Shown here: piece after piece, positions 29,817 through 39,436 of the stretch
How positions within the stretch are numbered: the first letter of the stretch is position 1
Layout of the letters: every line of letters starts with the position of its first letter
Virus record (IMG/VR): IMGVR_UViG_2814123190_000001
Location: 1,693-65,692 of that record
DNA length: 64,000 nucleotides
Strand: one strand, 5' to 3'
Source of the DNA: a virus
Taxonomy: Duplodnaviria; Caudoviricetes
The notes under the pieces: generated by a model
The model's input: only the letters and a program-made list of their open reading frames with translations
Database searches by the model: none
What the model was told of the DNA's origin: nothing
Position numbers and translations under genes: made by a program

Positions 29817-30080
29817 GTGGAACAGCAGAAAGGAAAAAAGAAATTACTCTCTAGAAGAAACAGAAAAGCTATCGTATTCACTCTATTGAGTCCTGTTGCT
29901 ACTTATATCGTAGGGGCTATTATCATTGAGGGAATCTGGCCTAATTTTATTAGAGACCAACAAGATTATGAGTTATGGAGAAGATGGTCATATGACCTTT
30001 TTATTGTTCCCTTTCTCATTAACTTGATAATTGTCGTTATTTATTGGGCTATTCGATTTATTAATATGTCTGAGGATTAA
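29817..30080 (+). CDS. Two-TM membrane protein, antisense insertion in ejection-protein cluster
   Basis: AAGAAGGAG RBS, GTG start, basic N-terminus, two hydrophobic helices, own terminator. Confidence 0.75.
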   Translation: MEQQKGKKKLLSRRNRKAIVFTLLSPVATYIVGAIIIEGIWPNFIRDQQDYELWRRWSYDLFIVPFLINLIIVVIYWAIRFINMSED

Positions 30081-30086
30081 AGGAAT

Positions 30087-30123
30087 AAGAGGATACTGAA
30101 AGGTAGCCTCTTTTTTTTTTTTT
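30087..30123 (+). terminator. Rho-independent terminator
   Basis: AAGAGGATAC-TGAAAG-GTAGCCTCTT followed by T13. Confidence 0.75.
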
Positions 30124-30140
30124 CACCTATTAATGTTATT

Positions 30141-32075
30141 TTAAGGGAAATGCTTATTTTTTAGATTATTGATATTTTCTCTATATTTCTGTACTTTCCT
30201 CACAGCGTCTCTATTGACTGCCCCGCTTAAAATCTCCACTGGGTTATTATCAATAATCCGCTGAATTTGCGCTTTAAGTCTCTCCTCTGGGGAGCTAAAT
30301 AAATTATATCCAAGATTCCAACCGCTTTTCTTAGGAAGCGTTGCAAGAGCACTCAAGATAATCTCTAGAGGGAGTCCAGTCATATCTCCATCAGAAGAAA
30401 TCAAGTCTGAGTTGACTAACTGATTTACAGCTTCATTAATTGTTCTAATGTGGTCCTCCCCGGAGACAGTAACCTTATTATCGTTAAGGGCATTAGACAG
30501 TAACTTTACTACTTCTTCTGGATTTTCTCTAGCTGATAGAAGTAAATCCTCTTGGGTTCGTAGGTTAGCCTCATCTTCTATAGCCCGTTCCGCATCAGAA
30601 CCTAGTGGTGTGATAGACCCGCCCACTCCATGATCAAAGTACTGTAGCATTTTCATAAGAGAGCTACCACTGACCCCTCTATCTAGTGCATCTTGCTGTA
30701 ATTTAAAATTATATGCAGTGTCCGCACCCGCCCCATACTCTTTCAGAAGAGCTAAAACTTGTGCTTCCTCTTCAGGGGAGATATCACGCGCTGTAGTAAG
30801 CTCTGGCCTTTCTTTTGAAAATTCTACAATATCGGGCCGTCTCTCTTCGTACACCACAGGACCAATATTCCCCGGAATATACTGAGAGTGAGTTCCTGTA
30901 TTTTGTTGAACTCGTTCTTTTGGGGTATAGGCACCTAGCTCTTTTAATCTTGGGATATCTCTACGGCCCCAAGCTTCTTGGATTTCTTTTTGACGTGTAT
31001 CATGAGCAGCTTTCTCTACATGCCAATTAGTCCATGCTACGGCTTCATCTATTTGCCGCTGTCTGGTGATTTCTGGGTCATACTCCCCATGCTCATTTAA
31101 TCCTAAGTTGTCTTCTCCGTATTTATCAAAAAAACGTTTAATAACATTATTAGCATTTTCGAGTCCTTGTTGCCTCTTTAAATTTTCTATAGTTAGTTGA
31201 GTCAGTAAGGCATCTGCTTCTTGTTCTCGTTCATATTCAGATTGGCTTTTCTTTAAGTTATGCTCATTAGTATTAGTAATGGATTGGGTGTTTCTAATGT
31301 TTTCAAAAGATGCCAGTCCATCTAATAATCCTTCTCCCCAACCGTCTACGCCTTCTTTGTCAAGCTCTTGCCCATATTTTTCTGCTCCTTCGAAATCACC
31401 TTGAGCAAGCAATGCATACATTCTCTGAAGTGCTTGAGAATCTGAATCTTTTTTTTGTTTTTGAGTTAAATCATATTTATTGGCTTCAGTGAGTTGTCTT
31501 GTGTGGTCTGTATTTGCCCATCGATTAGCAGTATTTGCTCTAGTCTCTTGTTGAGATAAATAAGTACCCATGGAATTCTGAAAGAACTCACCTAATCCTC
31601 GGATATCTTTATGTTTGTCTGCATAGGCTGTTGCTCCTTTGGTATCTCCTAAGGTTAATAACCTAGCGATCTCTTGTTTATGAGGCTGAGCTGCTACATC
31701 AGCAAAATAATCTTTAAATTCTTGAGTAGATTTCTCTTGATTTTGTAATCCAGAAAGTCTTGAATCAATAGCTTTAGTAGCCTCTCCCATGTCAAGCCAT
31801 CTAGAACCTCCTAGATGGTTTAATAGGTTTTGGATATCTCCTTGGGTTCTAGCCTGCTCTAATTGCTCTGCAGTTGTATATTGACCTAATTTACCCATTA
31901 ATTCATTTTCAGCATGACCTGCTTCTCCTTGCTTGTATGAATTAATAGCACCTAATAATCTTTCTAAACCAGTATCAAAACTATTAGATAATAGGGCATA
32001 TGGTTTGGTAGCCTCGCTAGTACTATTACTAGAACTATTCCCTGGAACGTTTCTCCACGTAATTACATTACTCAT
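30141..32075 (-). CDS. Ejection/internal virion protein, N4 gp51-like
   Basis: ITWRNV N-terminus; helical 644 aa; position between gp52-like gene and vRNAP. Confidence 0.7.
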   Translation of the reverse strand: MSNVITWRNVPGNSSSNSTSEATKPYALLSNSFDTGLERLLGAINSYKQGEAGHAENELMGKLGQYTTAEQLEQARTQGDIQNLLNHLGGSRWLDMGEATKAIDSRLSGLQNQEKSTQEFKDYFADVAAQPHKQEIARLLTLGDTKGATAYADKHKDIRGLGEFFQNSMGTYLSQQETRANTANRWANTDHTRQLTEANKYDLTQKQKKDSDSQALQRMYALLAQGDFEGAEKYGQELDKEGVDGWGEGLLDGLASFENIRNTQSITNTNEHNLKKSQSEYEREQEADALLTQLTIENLKRQQGLENANNVIKRFFDKYGEDNLGLNEHGEYDPEITRQRQIDEAVAWTNWHVEKAAHDTRQKEIQEAWGRRDIPRLKELGAYTPKERVQQNTGTHSQYIPGNIGPVVYEERRPDIVEFSKERPELTTARDISPEEEAQVLALLKEYGAGADTAYNFKLQQDALDRGVSGSSLMKMLQYFDHGVGGSITPLGSDAERAIEDEANLRTQEDLLLSARENPEEVVKLLSNALNDNKVTVSGEDHIRTINEAVNQLVNSDLISSDGDMTGLPLEIILSALATLPKKSGWNLGYNLFSSPEERLKAQIQRIIDNNPVEILSGAVNRDAVRKVQKYRENINNLKNKHFP

Positions 32076-32109
32076 GTTTTATCCTTATTTTAAGTAACCC
32101 TTTATCTAA

Positions 32110-32553
32110 TTATCTAATACGGTTTTTATCCATATAAGTACCTACAGATTCATAAGCTCCCGGATTAGAAGCTACCCTAGCTCTTTGTCTATCTTCTAAT
32201 TGACTATTTACTAGATTTCTTTGAGCAGCGTAGTTCTTCTCAAAATGCTCATTCTGTTGTTTCAGTGCTTTCTTGGCTTGTCCATATTGCTTCATTCCCA
32301 TATAGAAACTACCTAAGCCTCCAAGGGTCTGTAAACCAAGACTTAAAGCACCGGGTCTATCCTTACCTCCTAACAGGAATTCTCCCCATTTAAAGGAGTC
32401 TGGATTAGTCAGATTATTTCCTACATTTAAACCATTAAAATAATTATCAGCAGCGTTAGGCATACCCCAACTATTTAACTGTCCTGTGAGGTCTAAATGG
32501 GCTAACGGGTTTTGATGCTTATTTACTGCAGTCCAATCGATATTATTAAACAT
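32110..32553 (-). CDS. Ejection protein, N4 gp52-like
   Basis: Gly-rich hydrophobic segment, then GMKQYG.AK, N..LEDRQRARVASNP.AYESV..YM. Confidence 0.85.
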   Translation of the reverse strand: MFNNIDWTAVNKHQNPLAHLDLTGQLNSWGMPNAADNYFNGLNVGNNLTNPDSFKWGEFLLGGKDRPGALSLGLQTLGGLGSFYMGMKQYGQAKKALKQQNEHFEKNYAAQRNLVNSQLEDRQRARVASNPGAYESVGTYMDKNRIR

Positions 32554-32564
32554 TGTTATTCACC

Positions 32565-34901
32565 TTAACTAAAATTATTATTATTTGAGAATGTATTAAA
32601 TTGACCACTTAGGGATTCAGACAATGTAGGTAATGATAAAGCATGTTTGTAATAGTACTTATGTTCTAGTAATAGCAAATCAGGTCTACCTGCTGCTTTT
32701 ACCGTGCGGGTATAGAAAGCGTTAGAATCCTCTCCCGGTAAAATAATAGGAACTAAGTACTGATGATTTCCTTCCATCATTGACTTTGTTAATTCATTTA
32801 ATTCTTCTGTTTTTGATTTTACGTCAGTAACAAAGTCATCAAATTCTGTCTGTAGTTTATGGAACTTCTGTTGAAGTACCTGATTACTTGCTTTAATTAA
32901 ACCAGTAGATGCAGACTGTAAATGCTTACCCCAATTGGTAGTTTTAAATTTACCACTCATAGATACTACTGCAGCAATGACTGCTGCAATAATTGCAAAC
33001 TCCTCTCCGAATATCTTAGCAACTAATTTAGCTCCTACAGAGATTGCAATATTAATTAGGATACTTGTTAGGATAGCCTTCATTACTGCAAGGGCTGCAG
33101 CAGTAGTAACTACAGCAGAAGCTACCATAGCAGCAGATAATCCAGTACCTAATGAATAGATTGTGATAGCAATTGCAGCGACTTTAAGGAAGGTTTTAAA
33201 GAATCCTCGTTGATACCATTTAACTTTAGTAACTACTCTAGAGTTAAATATGAAATTCATACCATAAGAAATTACCTGCTCTCGTTTAGCTAATCCCATT
33301 TTATTTAAAATAGTTCTATCAATTGGGATAAGTAAATTCTCTATATCTTTATATAAAGTAGCTGAGGTAGTGTGTTTGCCATAGATGTATTGAACCATTC
33401 TCATCTCATGGACTTGGTATTCTTCGTATATTTGACTAGATATCTGCTTTCGATATTTGATATGAGGTACTTGTACAGTGTACGTTATTTCTCTACCTTC
33501 ACTGTCTCCAATACTCATGGTTGTCATTGTTCTGGTTTCAGGAGTATATGCCCTAACTGGTTTAGTATATTTACCTATAGGAGCTACCCTACCTACTAAG
33601 ACAGATCGGGTAATGCCACTAGCAGAAAAACCAATCCTATATGCCTTATCCTTGATAATATACTCTACCGAATTTGCAGAAGAGTTTCTATTTAATAACC
33701 CTGTAAATCGTCTAGGATTCTCAATAGCTACACCATTCTTAGGAGGATCAATTACTTTAATATTTCCATGCGAATCCCTAGAAACTTTATATCTAGAGTT
33801 ATAGAGGTGTTTAATGAATTCAAAAGTATATTCATTTACTGCTGGACTGTTATAAGAAGGTAGTGCAGATACACCCATAAATAATAAGGCTTGCTCTACA
33901 TCTTTAACATTTTCACGGTCTTTATGTATCTGCTCACTTACTTCCTCATATTTCAAACCAATCATCTTAACTAGTTTTTTACTACTAGCTAGATGGTCTT
34001 TACGGTCCATTAGGTTGGTTTTATTTAACCTAAAATAAGCCATAGGATAAAACTGACCTGCTACTTGTCGAGTATGGGATTCAGTAAGTAAATTATCTAT
34101 TTCAGGATATTTCCCTTCCCCTAAACGAAAGGTTTTATACTTTAGTTTATTCCCTACTGAGTAATGGACATTAATATACGTATCTTCAGAATCGTCAGGA
34201 AAGGCTACAGGAAGCTTTTCTAGAGTGGTTTGATTGCTTACCCATCTACTTATATCAGTAGTCTCTAAAAACGCCTCTACGGTACCGCTAGGGGTATTTC
34301 TAGATATTATTTTAAATGTGCCGGGAATAACATGAGTGTGCTTTGTTTCTGAAAGTGAAAGATTGATGGTGATAGTTGTACTAAACCAATAATCTGATGT
34401 ATTTAATCTCTCGGTATTTGATGAACTCAACTCATTGTAAATATTTGGGGGGACGTGGATTTGAACACCACGGACATTCTTTTTTTCCTTCCCCCTAGTA
34501 ACCGTATTTTCTGACCTATTAAAAGGAGAGTAGTTTAATAAAAACTCCCTAAGCCAGTGCTCATAATTAATATCCCCTATACGGTAGTAAATAATATCTA
34601 CAGAGGATTTTTCTATCTTACTCAGTACATCAGCTACAGTCGTTACCCCATGAGTAGAAAATAAATATTCATTTTTAGGAGTTCCAAAGAAGTATCCATT
34701 ATTTCCATAGCGGTAATACTGATTGGATTTAATAGCTACACTTTTTTGAAGGCTATCCATAATAGCTTCATCGATAGGTACGCTATTAAAAATGGAATTT
34801 AAATTTCCATCTCTAATAGCGTTAGGAATCATAACATCTTCGAGTGCCCTAACAACAGAAGTACCTACCGTTGTTTTCTTTTTAGAGCTAAATAAGCCCA
34901 C
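32565..34901 (-). CDS. Virion structural protein, N4 gp53-like
   Basis: MGLFSSKKKT.V start; KVKWYQ.GFF followed by long hydrophobic region. Confidence 0.8.
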   Translation of the reverse strand: MGLFSSKKKTTVGTSVVRALEDVMIPNAIRDGNLNSIFNSVPIDEAIMDSLQKSVAIKSNQYYRYGNNGYFFGTPKNEYLFSTHGVTTVADVLSKIEKSSVDIIYYRIGDINYEHWLREFLLNYSPFNRSENTVTRGKEKKNVRGVQIHVPPNIYNELSSSNTERLNTSDYWFSTTITINLSLSETKHTHVIPGTFKIISRNTPSGTVEAFLETTDISRWVSNQTTLEKLPVAFPDDSEDTYINVHYSVGNKLKYKTFRLGEGKYPEIDNLLTESHTRQVAGQFYPMAYFRLNKTNLMDRKDHLASSKKLVKMIGLKYEEVSEQIHKDRENVKDVEQALLFMGVSALPSYNSPAVNEYTFEFIKHLYNSRYKVSRDSHGNIKVIDPPKNGVAIENPRRFTGLLNRNSSANSVEYIIKDKAYRIGFSASGITRSVLVGRVAPIGKYTKPVRAYTPETRTMTTMSIGDSEGREITYTVQVPHIKYRKQISSQIYEEYQVHEMRMVQYIYGKHTTSATLYKDIENLLIPIDRTILNKMGLAKREQVISYGMNFIFNSRVVTKVKWYQRGFFKTFLKVAAIAITIYSLGTGLSAAMVASAVVTTAAALAVMKAILTSILINIAISVGAKLVAKIFGEEFAIIAAVIAAVVSMSGKFKTTNWGKHLQSASTGLIKASNQVLQQKFHKLQTEFDDFVTDVKSKTEELNELTKSMMEGNHQYLVPIILPGEDSNAFYTRTVKAAGRPDLLLLEHKYYYKHALSLPTLSESLSGQFNTFSNNNNFS

Positions 34902-34904
34902 TAT

Positions 34905-35873
34905 TTATATCCCAATACCTTGAAGGAGTTTAGTGATTGCTCTACCTACGTTAGCATCATCAAGTCTATTAGTAGAGTTAGCTTGTGTGGCATCATCAGT
35001 AGTTCTACGAGTGCTCCAAGTAGATGTGAGGATTCTAGCTACTTCTTGTTCAGCAGTACGCTTAAAACCATCTGCTTGGTTACTGATTAATCTATTTTGA
35101 ATACCAATCACAGAATTAGGGTCTACTCCTACATTACTGGTTTGAGCTTTCTCAGTAGCAATTCGCTGATTAATATAATTACCTTCCTCTTTTAGTTTTT
35201 GGATTTGCTGTAGGATAAGGTCGTATTCAGCAGCTAATTTACACTGCTCCCTAATCATTGTGTCATTCTGGGTAACTGCATTAATTCTCTGTTGGTCGAT
35301 TAATTTAGTCTGAGCTTCTGACTGTTTAATATTAGATTGTGCTACTTCTACTTGTTTATTAGTAAGGCTAGTTTGAGCAATGATTTGATCTTTTTGCTTA
35401 ACTGTATTTGCAGTTTCTGCAATGATCTGTTCCTTGGTTTCAACAAGATTCTCTGTTTGCTGTCTGGTTTGAGCTGCTTGTGCTTTTAATAATTCAATCT
35501 CAGCTGGGATTTTTTCTAATCCCATTCTAGCGATTTCTAAAGCTACTTTTGCCTGCTCTAATTCCATCTCGGCAATGGCAATCTGTTTCTCCATTAAGAG
35601 GCTTTCTAGGGCTAACTTACGACGTTGTAATACAAACTCTAAAGAGGTCTGTAAAACATGCTCTAAAGAGCCTAGGTACACCGTAGCATACTCTCCGCCC
35701 TTAATACGATTCTTAGCGTATTCCTGTTCTAAATGAGCTTTATTGGCTTTCATGAGAACATCAAATACACCATTACCTTCAACGATGGCTTCTGTCCATT
35801 CTTCAACTGGAATCGTAATATCAGCTAGTTTAGTTTCTTTAGTTGTAGTAGAGGAGATTTCAGAATTTGCCAT
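34905..35873 (-). CDS. Virion structural protein, N4 gp54-like
   Basis: [10 protein letters not shown]...HL..EY..NRI.G.EYA.VY; coiled coil. Confidence 0.8.
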   Translation of the reverse strand: MANSEISSTTTKETKLADITIPVEEWTEAIVEGNGVFDVLMKANKAHLEQEYAKNRIKGGEYATVYLGSLEHVLQTSLEFVLQRRKLALESLLMEKQIAIAEMELEQAKVALEIARMGLEKIPAEIELLKAQAAQTRQQTENLVETKEQIIAETANTVKQKDQIIAQTSLTNKQVEVAQSNIKQSEAQTKLIDQQRINAVTQNDTMIREQCKLAAEYDLILQQIQKLKEEGNYINQRIATEKAQTSNVGVDPNSVIGIQNRLISNQADGFKRTAEQEVARILTSTWSTRRTTDDATQANSTNRLDDANVGRAITKLLQGIGI

Positions 35874-35904
35874 TGCCTTTCCTTATTATTTTTATTGTTA
35901 TTAA

Positions 35905-36462
35905 TTACCTATCGATACTGCCTGACATGGCTTGGCGTTGAGCTAGATCCTTTAATTCTTGCTCTGTTAATGGAGGTAACTCCTTAACCGTAAATTCTGG
36001 AACATCTTTACCTTTTTTGGTTTCCACGCCAAATTTAGATTTTTCAGTAATGAAGATTTGGTATTTTTTCTCTTTTAGATAATCCACAACAACCTTAGGT
36101 AAATGCCAACCCTCTTCATTACCATAAGGCACAGTTTCACGGACTACACCAACAACATGATTCCTTACTGTAAAGATATCTGCTTCCACGGATTTACGAT
36201 TAATGTTGTTGTTATATACCACTACACGTACTAACTTCATTTGTTCCGCTCTTGCGGATAACGCTTTTTCGTTTTCTTTTGAGGTCTTTTTATCAGCGGT
36301 GGTTTCTGTGTCTGTGGATTCATCAGCTTCCTTTTCTAATGCTTCCTTAATGAGTTCTGCAAGTTTTTTAGCACCAATAGCGTGATGGTATTTAATACCC
36401 ATTAAATCAGCACGCTTCTTTAAATCTTCTAACTCATCGTACATTTCTACAGTATCAGTCAT
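35905..36462 (-). CDS. N4 gp55-like protein
   Basis: LK.RADLMGI.YH..IG..KL; LPPLT..EL.DLA..Q. Confidence 0.8.
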   Translation of the reverse strand: MTDTVEMYDELEDLKKRADLMGIKYHHAIGAKKLAELIKEALEKEADESTDTETTADKKTSKENEKALSARAEQMKLVRVVVYNNNINRKSVEADIFTVRNHVVGVVRETVPYGNEEGWHLPKVVVDYLKEKKYQIFITEKSKFGVETKKGKDVPEFTVKELPPLTEQELKDLAQRQAMSGSIDR

Positions 36463-36562
36463 TGTAATAATCCTATGATTTGTATTTATTTGGTTTTTAT
36501 TATTAATAGAGGATAGGTTAAGAGAGCCAGTTAAATTACTTAACCGACTCTCTTATTGGTGA

Positions 36563-37738
36563 TTACATCTTCGCAGCTACTTTCATTAAAGCGATACGTT
36601 CAGGCCTTAAAGCCATAAAACCGTAGTACCACTTAATGGACATAAAGCCAGTTTCACCGTAAGGGTCCATACGGTTTGCTACTTTCTCACCAGGCTTCTT
36701 GTGAATGATTTTAAACTTCACAGATTTACCATCGGTCTGGAAACCAATAGTAGTAAAGGATTCATTACCTACTACTAATAATGGGAATACATCTAACTTA
36801 CCATCGGTAGTGTGGTATTCAGCATTAGAGGAATCTTTACCTTTACCAGTCCAGTGCATCATTTCTGGTACACATACGATACGGAAGCCATAGATAGAAC
36901 CGATCTCACCGTTTAATAGAGTACCTGCTGCTCCGTACTTCTCTACTGGGATAAATGCAGGGTTACCATGCATATCCTTGAGTTTAAGTAGAGTAGGAAT
37001 CAGCTCACTACCTACATACATTACTCTCGCAGCCATGATGGTTTTAGTATCAACCATTCGTGAGCCTGTAATGATTTTGGTATTCTTAGGACAGCGGTTA
37101 TTATTTAAGGTGATATCTAGGTCTACGAAGTCCTTGTAAGAAACTTCTGTTTCGCCTACGGTTTCAGTAGTGGTAGCATCGCCTGTATAGAATACGACAC
37201 CTGCAGCGTTGATTAAATCAAGCTGTAGAGAATCTTCTGTGATTTCGTTAGCACCTCGGAGCATCTCACGGTTAATGTGAGTTAGTAATTCAGCATCGGT
37301 ATCGAAATCTAAGGCCTCTTGAGTGTATTCAGTGAAGAAACCTTGCTTCTCAAACGTACCCTCTAAAGTGATACGTTTAAAGCCTACTCGGTTAACTCGA
37401 CCACCAGTCTCTGATAGTACTGGCATCTTATCTCGAATAGTACCAATATCCTTAGAAGAGCCGTATAGGTTACCATTAACGATTTTAGCGCCAGCGGCAT
37501 CAATACCTTGGTCGTTAACGTTACGATCATCTAGTAATGGTACATAATGGTATCGAACAATCTTTTTACCCATATTTTTAGGCATATCAGTTACTGAAGC
37601 CAATGGGGTAAAGTATTGCTCTTTTACTAGGTCAATAAGTGCTTTCTTCTGGAAATAATCAGTACGTAATTGAGTACCGATAGAAGAAGGCTTATTACCT
37701 ACTGGGTCATTATATAAATGAGAGTGAACATCTGACAT
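36563..37738 (-). CDS. Major capsid protein, N4 gp56-like
   Basis: [55 protein letters not shown]. Confidence 0.95.
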   Translation of the reverse strand: MSDVHSHLYNDPVGNKPSSIGTQLRTDYFQKKALIDLVKEQYFTPLASVTDMPKNMGKKIVRYHYVPLLDDRNVNDQGIDAAGAKIVNGNLYGSSKDIGTIRDKMPVLSETGGRVNRVGFKRITLEGTFEKQGFFTEYTQEALDFDTDAELLTHINREMLRGANEITEDSLQLDLINAAGVVFYTGDATTTETVGETEVSYKDFVDLDITLNNNRCPKNTKIITGSRMVDTKTIMAARVMYVGSELIPTLLKLKDMHGNPAFIPVEKYGAAGTLLNGEIGSIYGFRIVCVPEMMHWTGKGKDSSNAEYHTTDGKLDVFPLLVVGNESFTTIGFQTDGKSVKFKIIHKKPGEKVANRMDPYGETGFMSIKWYYGFMALRPERIALMKVAAKM

Positions 37739-37766
37739 TTTCTAATTCCTTTTCATGAAATGAAGG

Positions 37767-38918
37767 TTACATATATTTCTTATTTACCAACTTCATAAAC
37801 TCCTCATCACTCATGGCTAATGGATTAAAATCATTTACCTGAGAATGTGAGCTAGGAGATTGGCGTGTGGGACTAACTGCCCTCTTTTTATTACGTAACT
37901 CAGCTTCCGCTTGACTCGGTTTAGAAGAACGTCTGACGCCCAAGGACCTTGATTGCACTTGAGGATTGCTCTGATTGAGTTCCGATAAGTGGTCAAATGC
38001 CCCCTGTTCATTCAGCATATCTCCAACTTTACGATAAGCTTCTAAATCTGATTCTCCTGTGAGATTACCAAATACTCTCTGACGCTGTACTTCTTTGCTG
38101 ACGATATCAAAGATACCTGATTCCATATGAGCATTAATTACTCCTAGAATCTTTGGCTCGACTGTGGCAATGTATTTAGAACTAGCTTCGTCCCACTCAT
38201 TAGCAATCACATTAATAGTTTTACTAAAAGTAGGACTGTTTTCTAGTCTCTCTACCTGCTCTTGAAAAGCCATTTCAGCCTCAGAAATAGCGTATTTAGA
38301 GGTATCTGGACGGTACGTATTATCTTCAGAGGTATCGATATCATAAGTATCTAAACCACTGTCTCTAATTAACTTACCAATCGCATCTGGATTTTTATTA
38401 TTTAAATCGATTAAATAAGCTAACTTCTCCTCGCTTAAAAGATTGTTCTTTTCTAACATTCTTAAAGCACTTAGAGAAGGTTTTAAAGCCATCATTTTTT
38501 TATTGTAGTTAGCTCCCATTTGCATTAAGGAAATAACTTCTTCAGGACTTTGAACACTAAACTCAGTACCATTTGCTTTAAATGGAGCAAAGATTTGTTT
38601 ATATACGCCCTCATAGTCAATATCTTGTGTGGCTTCTTCTGAAGTATTTGTTTCCTTTTCTGAAGTGGCTACATTGCTTTCATCAAAGATTTCTTCTTCA
38701 GGTACTTCTACATGACTATATTCTGTATCACCCTCGGAAACTTCATCGTCTACAGGTTCTTGAGTTTCGTCGCCTGACGGCTCCTCACTCGCACCTTCCA
38801 CCGAATCAGTTTCCTCGGTATTGGCTTGTAATAATTCATCATCGTCTGGGGGAAAACTATTTAAAATTTCCTCATCTGACATTTCTAAAAATGAACGGTT
38901 ATTTTCTGTGTTACCCAT
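37767..38918 (-). CDS. N4 gp57-like protein (probable scaffold; often labelled tape measure)
   Basis: Acidic N-terminus, PFKANG, LMQMGANY.KKM, terminal NPLAMSDEEF. Confidence 0.8.
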   Translation of the reverse strand: MGNTENNRSFLEMSDEEILNSFPPDDDELLQANTEETDSVEGASEEPSGDETQEPVDDEVSEGDTEYSHVEVPEEEIFDESNVATSEKETNTSEEATQDIDYEGVYKQIFAPFKANGTEFSVQSPEEVISLMQMGANYNKKMMALKPSLSALRMLEKNNLLSEEKLAYLIDLNNKNPDAIGKLIRDSGLDTYDIDTSEDNTYRPDTSKYAISEAEMAFQEQVERLENSPTFSKTINVIANEWDEASSKYIATVEPKILGVINAHMESGIFDIVSKEVQRQRVFGNLTGESDLEAYRKVGDMLNEQGAFDHLSELNQSNPQVQSRSLGVRRSSKPSQAEAELRNKKRAVSPTRQSPSSHSQVNDFNPLAMSDEEFMKLVNKKYM

Positions 38919-39000
38919 TGTCGTAACTTTTCCTTGTAGTTGTTATTTTATGGATTATGAATCTAAGCCAGTAAATCTATTTAAATAACTAATAACTTAT

Positions 39001-39342
39001 TTATAAGGTTTCAGTTAATAATTCTTCTCTAAGTTCTTCGTTCTCTTTTAATGCAGCTTTAGCTTGTAGTGCTTGGTGGCTAATAAACTCTAAATACTGC
39101 TTAAAGAAACCAATTGACTTAAGGTTACTGTCTACAATCTTCTCTAACTTCTCATCAGTAAGTACTTGTCTCTCTGATTTTAAGAAAGCCAATCTTACAG
39201 CTTCATCTTTAAAGTAACCATCAACAACTAAACGTTTAAAGTCTCGGTTACGTAGAAGTCTCTCTACTGCTTCACCGTCTTTAATCATTTCTTTAGCACG
39301 GTCAATTGTTAACTCAATTTCTTGTAAGTCAGAAGAACTCAT
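39001..39342 (-). CDS. N4 gp58-like protein
   Basis: RL..N.DFK.L...GYF..EA.RL; between scaffold and portal. Confidence 0.75.
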   Translation of the reverse strand: MSSSDLQEIELTIDRAKEMIKDGEAVERLLRNRDFKRLVVDGYFKDEAVRLAFLKSERQVLTDEKLEKIVDSNLKSIGFFKQYLEFISHQALQAKAALKENEELREELLTETL

Positions 39343-39436
39343 TTAATTATTTCCTATATTGTTGTCGTTATTAATGAATTTAATTACATTATGATGTTAA
39401 GGAATAACATTTGACTATTAAAGTAAGTAACTAGGA

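Noticed and set aside
36520-36554. Terminator after major capsid gene
   Set aside because: Hairpin present but no U-tract on the coding strand; function not supportable.
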